From assembly GCA_013265495.1 (NCBI GenBank), contig MU058213.1:930001-994000 (forward strand): DNA of 64,000 nucleotides, written 5' to 3'. Below, one piece after another: positions 1-64,000 of this stretch; the first letter of the stretch is position 1, and every line of letters begins with the position of its first letter. Made by a program: the position numbers and the translations under genes. Under the pieces are notes generated by a model, which searched no databases, was not told the DNA's origin, and was given only the letters and a program-made list of their open reading frames with translations. This DNA comes from Vicugna vicugna. Lineage: Eukaryota.

Positions 1-1153
1 CCATTTCACCTAGTTCCTCTTCTAGGGTTTTGTTTTATTCCTTCATTTGGAATATACTCCTCCATCTCCTCAGATTGCCTATTATTTATGTTTATTTCTG
101 TGTATTAGGTAGATTGTTTATGGTTTCTGATCTTGGAGAAATGGCCTTATGAAGGAGACATCCTATGGGCCCCAGTTGCACACTCCCTTTTAGTCACCAG
201 ATCTGTATGCTCTAGGGGTGCCCCCTACGTGGGCTGCACGGGCCCTTCTGCTGTGGCAGGGATGACTTCGTGGATGCGCTGGTAGGTTGGGCTGGCTTCC
301 AGCCCGGTTGGCTGCCAGCTCCTGCCCTGCGTGGTGACTGCCAGCCAGCTGGTGGGCAGGTCTGTGTCCTCATGTGGCAGGCTTCATGGCTGAGGATGTG
401 TCTCAAGGCTGATCTTGGCTTACTGATAGGTGGGCCAGTTTCAAGGGCAGCTGGATGGGGGGCTCAAAAGGACCTGGGGCTGGTGCCAGCCCACTTGTGA
501 GAGGGCAAGCCTCTGGCACTAATTGGCAAGCAGGAGGACTCCAAGATGGCACTTGCCAGCAGCAATGTCCTTCATGGATGCAGATCCCAAAAATGGCTGC
601 AGCCAGTGTCTATGTCCCCAGTATGAGCAACAGTGGCCTCATGCCCTGCAGAAGGCTCTCTAAGGTTACAAAGGGGGTCTGACCCAGGCTCCTTTCAAAT
701 TACTGCCTCTGCACTGGGTCTTGGAGTGTGTGAGATTTTGTGTGAGCACTTTCTGAGCAGAGCCCATTCCCTATAGCCCTCTGGCTTTCTTGCACACAAG
801 ACTCACTGGCCTTCAAAGCCAGGCATCTGGGGACTTGTCTTCCTGCTGCAGGACCCTAGGGCTGGGGAGCATGATGTGGGGCTCAGACTCCTCACTCCTT
901 GGGAAGAACCTCTGTAATTGTGTTTATCCTCCTGTTTGAGGTCACCTATCTGGGGTGTGGGTCCTGACTACACTTTGTCTCCACCCCTTCTTCCCATCTT
1001 GTTGTGTTTCCTTTTTTTATATATTTAGTTGTGTGAAATAGTTCCTGCTAGTCTTCAGGTCATTCTTACCTATAGTTGCTCCATAAATAGTTGTAACTTT
1101 GGTGCGCCTGTGGAAGCAGTTGAGCTCAGGGTCTTCCTATTCTGCCATCTTGG
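1..1153 (-). mobile_element. LINE-1 5' end (5'UTR region) of an old L1M-type element that continues off the left edge
   Basis: GC-richer block ending in gtcttcctattctgccatcttgg. On the minus strand this reads ccaagatggcagaataggaagac, the typical YY1-bearing L1 5' terminus. The internal sequence resembles L1M 5'UTRs. Confidence 0.75.
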
Positions 1154-1639
1154 CTATATTGCTCCAAATTATCTTGCTTTTTATAACAGATATTTCAGAG
1201 CATTTCTGGCCATTTGTGCCATTAGGTTATGTTTAAGTCCGATAGTTGTAGGAACAAGGGAGCTAGAGAACTCTTCGTTTCCAGATAGTAGGATGAATGG
1301 AACAGGGAGGGTGTGCAGAACTATTAAAAAGTACAAAAGGTACTTTGGTAGATGTAGGAGAGTCCTCGAAATGGAGAACATAATATTATGAATAAAGGCT
1401 GAAATTTTCTTTTTGTAGGGATATGTCTTTGAAATTATAAAAACTATTAGAGAAGATACTTGCTTATATAAATATTTCCTTTATAGGCAAATTTTACATT
1501 AAATCATTCAATAAAACAAACCAGTATATTGACTTTATACTATCTTTTAGTCCAGTCTTCAAAGTGTTTGAGTTTACAAAACATTTATGAATAAAGTGAT
1601 CTGACTTCCAGATCTGCTTTAAAACAATCCATTGGGTGG

Positions 1640-1765
1640 CATGGGATTGTGGGTAGAATGAGGAGCAGAAATGTACTAACCATTTTGGGTACATGGCATA
1701 CATGAGGGTTCATTTTACTATTCTGTCTACTTTTGTATATGTTTAAAATTTTCATTAAAAAAAAA
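1640..1765 (+). mobile_element. Old L1 (L1MC/L1ME-like) 3' end fragment
   Basis: ggttcattttactattctgtctacttttgtatatgtttaaaattttcatt followed by an A-tail. Confidence 0.6.
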
Positions 1766-1787
1766 GGAACAAAACTCTTGGACTCAC

Positions 1788-60153
<58,366 letters not shown>

Positions 60154-60374
60154 CTAGAAGACAAAAAGAAAAAAAATTTAAACTAGCAGATCAATCACTT
60201 TACAATGAGATATAAAACATACCATGGATTTATTTATAAATTAAACAATTTATGAAAAAAGTAAATCTTGGCCAATATGAAATTTAACTTTTAAATTAGT
60301 AAATGAAAAGTATTTCAGCCCCAGTAGTACCACCATGCTCACGTTATAAAAAAGTATGCTCTGTACTGCGGCAG

Positions 60375-60475
60375 TAATTTCACAATATGTGTAAGTCATG
60401 TCATTATGCTGTACACCTTAAACTCATATAGTGCAGTGGGTCAACTTCATCTCAGTAAAACTGGTGGGAAAAAAC
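60375..60475 (+). mobile_element. Short L1MB-like 3' terminus
   Basis: tttcacaatatgtgtaagtcatgtcattatgctgtacaccttaaac...tcaacttcatctcagtaaaactgg. Confidence 0.65.
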
Positions 60476-63400
60476 CATGCTCTGAAGAAATAGTTTAACT
60501 TAAAATTTGACCTTGCTATAAAAGAAAAATGCTTTCTGAAAATGTAATTTTAGATTAAAATGTACATATAAATCTACTTTCTGAATGTGGACTTCCATGG
60601 GTTTCAAAACTTGATATTGAAGCTCTGGTGTGGTGGCTGTGCCAATTTCAGCAGCACAGCTATCTTTTTATCACAAGATACACAGATAAAGCCTTAATGA
60701 TTTCTCAGGTATTTGCTGGAGGTCATTGTGGTGTGGAGAAGACCACTCACTGGGCATCTAGTATTTTCTTTAAAGAAAGTTCTGTTGCTAAAAAAAAAAA
60801 AAAAGAAGAAGAAAATTGAGAAAGCATTATTGTCTAGTATTTTGTCTTCATTATTTTATAAAGATGAGTGAAATGATAAAAATGGTTTACTTGGCCAGCA
60901 ATAAGTCTGGCTCTCATAGCCTCAATATCATGAAAGAGGTATCAAAAAGGGTTCCTGAAACAGCAGATCTTTAGCTTCAATTAGACACTCTTTGCACTTA
61001 AGCCAATTTTGGACTTCAGGTCAATTTTGGGGAAAAAAAAAAAGAACAAAATGTATAAACATGAATGAATCCTCTAAACAGCACAATGAAGAGATGCTTT
61101 ATAATTGCTTGGATTTCTGAGGAAGGAACCACTCTTTAAAACATATACCTTATTGCCCATTTTCAGGAATGTATCATATGGAAATATTACTACCACCAGC
61201 CTTTCTCTCCTTTATTTTCTTCAGAGCTCTTACTATTACTTGCACTTACTTACTGTTATGCTATTGTTTGTTTACTTATTATTTCCCTTACATCTGTCTC
61301 ATTCAAGACTATATCAAGTGCCTGTGTGCCTGGTACACAGCTGGGCACTTGGTAGTGGTTGAAAGAATCTCAGAATAAAAGGCATCTCCTTAAATTGAGT
61401 AAAAGTTAATATGGTGAAAAACCCACCCATTGCTTTATTTATCTCTTATTGTCACAGACTCATGCAAACTTTCTGTCTAAACAGTCTGCAGAGAAACGAG
61501 TACTAAACTAGGTTATGGGTTCTAATCCCAGGATTATCAGACTGGACTTTCAGCCTTTATTTCAAGTATATGTAAAATGGGGATGACAGCAAGCCTCATC
61601 TAGTTCATCTCAAGGGTTTATCCACATAGAAACCTTGTGAAAAGCATAAACCAAACATAAGTACATGCTGAGATTGTTACTAAGTGTTTTTTCCATGAGA
61701 AGTGATTGCTAATGTTAAATGTTAAGTGTTAGTGAAATTTGTTTCATAACTTTTCCCCCAGTTACATAGCCCCTTAAACTGAGTAATATCTGTACACATT
61801 ACTAAAATCTTACTTATTCAATAAACATTTCTGTGTACTGTTTCCACTCTGATGAAAACATAAAAAAAAAAAAGTAAAGTGGGTCCAAGTGAGTTTGTAG
61901 AAGCATGGCTGACTTGTTCTAAATTTTCAATTAAATCTAAAAAGAAGTGCCTTTTACCTTTTGTGTTTTTTGTCCACAGCAAGCTCCAGCTCAGATTTCC
62001 ACAAGTATTTTGGAAACAGTAATGAGTAGGTACTTTGCCAAAGGCTAGACTTCCAAGAGCTACGTATTAACAACCCGTTACATATAGTAGAGGGAGGCTA
62101 AGGCCCTTACACTCACCAGAGGCAAGATATTTAAACATCAAACATCACTCTGACAGCTGACTTCCCCTTTATCTTATCTCTATCTCGGGAAAGTATCCAA
62201 AGAGAAATAGGTCAGAAATCAGTCTATTATTGTCTTTTTATGGTCCCTTTCCATCTTAACCAATGAGATGACTCTGCAGAAACAACTATACCAGAACTGG
62301 GTCAGTTTGGAAGGTATATAAACCTTAGCTGCTGAAACTGAGAAGACTCTCACCTGGGCAATGCTTGTTCCTATTGCCTCTGTCACTTCCAACCCTACTT
62401 TCCACTCTTCCCCTGGGCAGCCCTGAGGAAGAGGACTAAGCTTGTTCAGCCTCAACCAGGGTGAAGACTGTGGGAAGACAAGACGACAAGGTCCCAAGAT
62501 CACATGAAAAGCCTAGAAATGTGACGTGGCAGCAAGAGTCAGGGAGGAATTAGAAATGGGAGTGGACACACCTACTGACTAAGCCTGCTCGGGGACCTGG
62601 TGAAACAGAAGCAGCTAGCAGAAGATAAGCCTAGCCACAGTGAATCAGCCTGGACAGAGCTTCCAGCAAGACAAGGGAGGGTTGATGTCATGTAACTAAC
62701 AGGGTGAGGCTTCCCTGCAAGGCTCTTCATTCCCTTTTTCACTCACACTACTCTCGTTTTATCCCTCATTGCCTTGTGAGTCCCTCAGATACCTCACTTA
62801 TGACACCTCAGACCTTATTTTCATTGTTTATGGATCCATCCACCTCCCACTAGATTATATGCTCTTTAAGCCATCTTTGAACCCCTCTAGGTTGGCTTAG
62901 CTCCTTGCCAACAGTTAGTGGGGCTTTTGTGTTGGTTTTATTTAAGACAGAGGTAGGGCAAGAGAAGGAAAAAAGCTAGGAGAACTGGGAAGAGACATAG
63001 CAAAGGCAAACTGCACAGACCCACCTCGGGACTTTTCCTGAAGCTGCAAAACACAGTTGAAATGGGGGAGGAGTCAGAGAGTTAGAGAAGAGATTCGTGG
63101 AGTAGTTGGCAAAGAAAGAGTAAATGCTGATGTAGGAACTGCAGGAGAAGGAAAAATAAGGATTTGGAATCTGAAGTACTGTGACTAAAGCCACAAAAAC
63201 TGTAGGCGATGAAGAAAAGAGAAAGGGGCTTAAAATAAATAATACTAAAATATAAACACACATCAAAGAAGATTTATGACAATTCAAAGGAACACCTGAT
63301 TAAAGAGTAAGGACAAAAATGGAGATGGGCTAAATTTTATGATAACAGTCAAAATCTGACAAAATAATGCTGGTACAGATTTAAGGTGCATAGTAGCTTG

Positions 63401-64000
63401 CAAGGAAAATAAAAACCATCTGTCCTTCTACAATACAATTTTTTGAGGCCTGCCTGGCAATGATGAGGTAATTTCAACAGAGTCTAATGGAAGAGCACTG
63501 GAAAGGCGGGTTCGGGGGACATGCAGAGAGGGGCACCGAACATGCTGGGTCAGCCTAGGAGGGCCTCAGACCTTCTCAGGGTTACACCCATCCCTGTGAG
63601 CGTAAGGAGATAGCAGTCATCTTTCTTATTGCATCCTACCACAATGACAACACTCAAGAGGTCCCTGATTAATGCAGATGATTCACTGGAAGTTTTGCTA
63701 ACTTGCATTTTGTCAGTCAAGGAATCCTAAAGTGTGGGCACCCAAGAGTAATTGTTTCTGATGCCTCAGACACCTCAGGAACAAGGCTGGCAGCAATAAC
63801 TCAGTAAATGACCAGTCCCTGAATCCCCAAAATCTGACTCATATGATTCTCTCTCCTTCCCCAAACTCCCACGTACAATACTCTTCACTTTTCATACAGC
63901 ATACGTGCACATCTTTCTTAGCTCCCCTATTAAATCATAAGCATCTTGGCAACATGTATCTACTTGGTTCATTTTTTATATCCCATTGTGAATGTTGGCA

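Overview
This is mammalian genomic DNA, probably from a camelid, judging by tRNA-derived SINEs that resemble the Tylopoda Vic-1 family. The whole window lies inside the myosin Va gene (MYO5A) on the minus strand. I mapped 23 consecutive coding exons, numbered 2-24 by homology to human MYO5A as I recall it, from 60153 down to 1788. Together they give 3282 nt (1094 codons) in one phase-consistent frame. They encode the motor domain (P-loop GESGAGKT, switch [10 protein letters not shown], switch II DIYGFE), six IQ motifs and the start of the coiled coil. Exon 1 lies beyond the right edge and the tail exons lie beyond the left edge. All internal introns are GT-AG except intron 12, which is GC-AG. 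The introns are filled with ordinary mammalian repeats (L1, L2, MIR, CR1/L3, MER5, MLT1, lineage-specific SINEs, microsatellites). I found no convincing new biological system. The best leads are two candidate poison or micro-exons in intron 14, a perfect NRF1 palindrome inside CpG-rich exon 19, the GC-AG intron, and an L1 5' end in sense orientation in intron 24. Repeat family names and boundaries come from recognition by eye, not from a database search.
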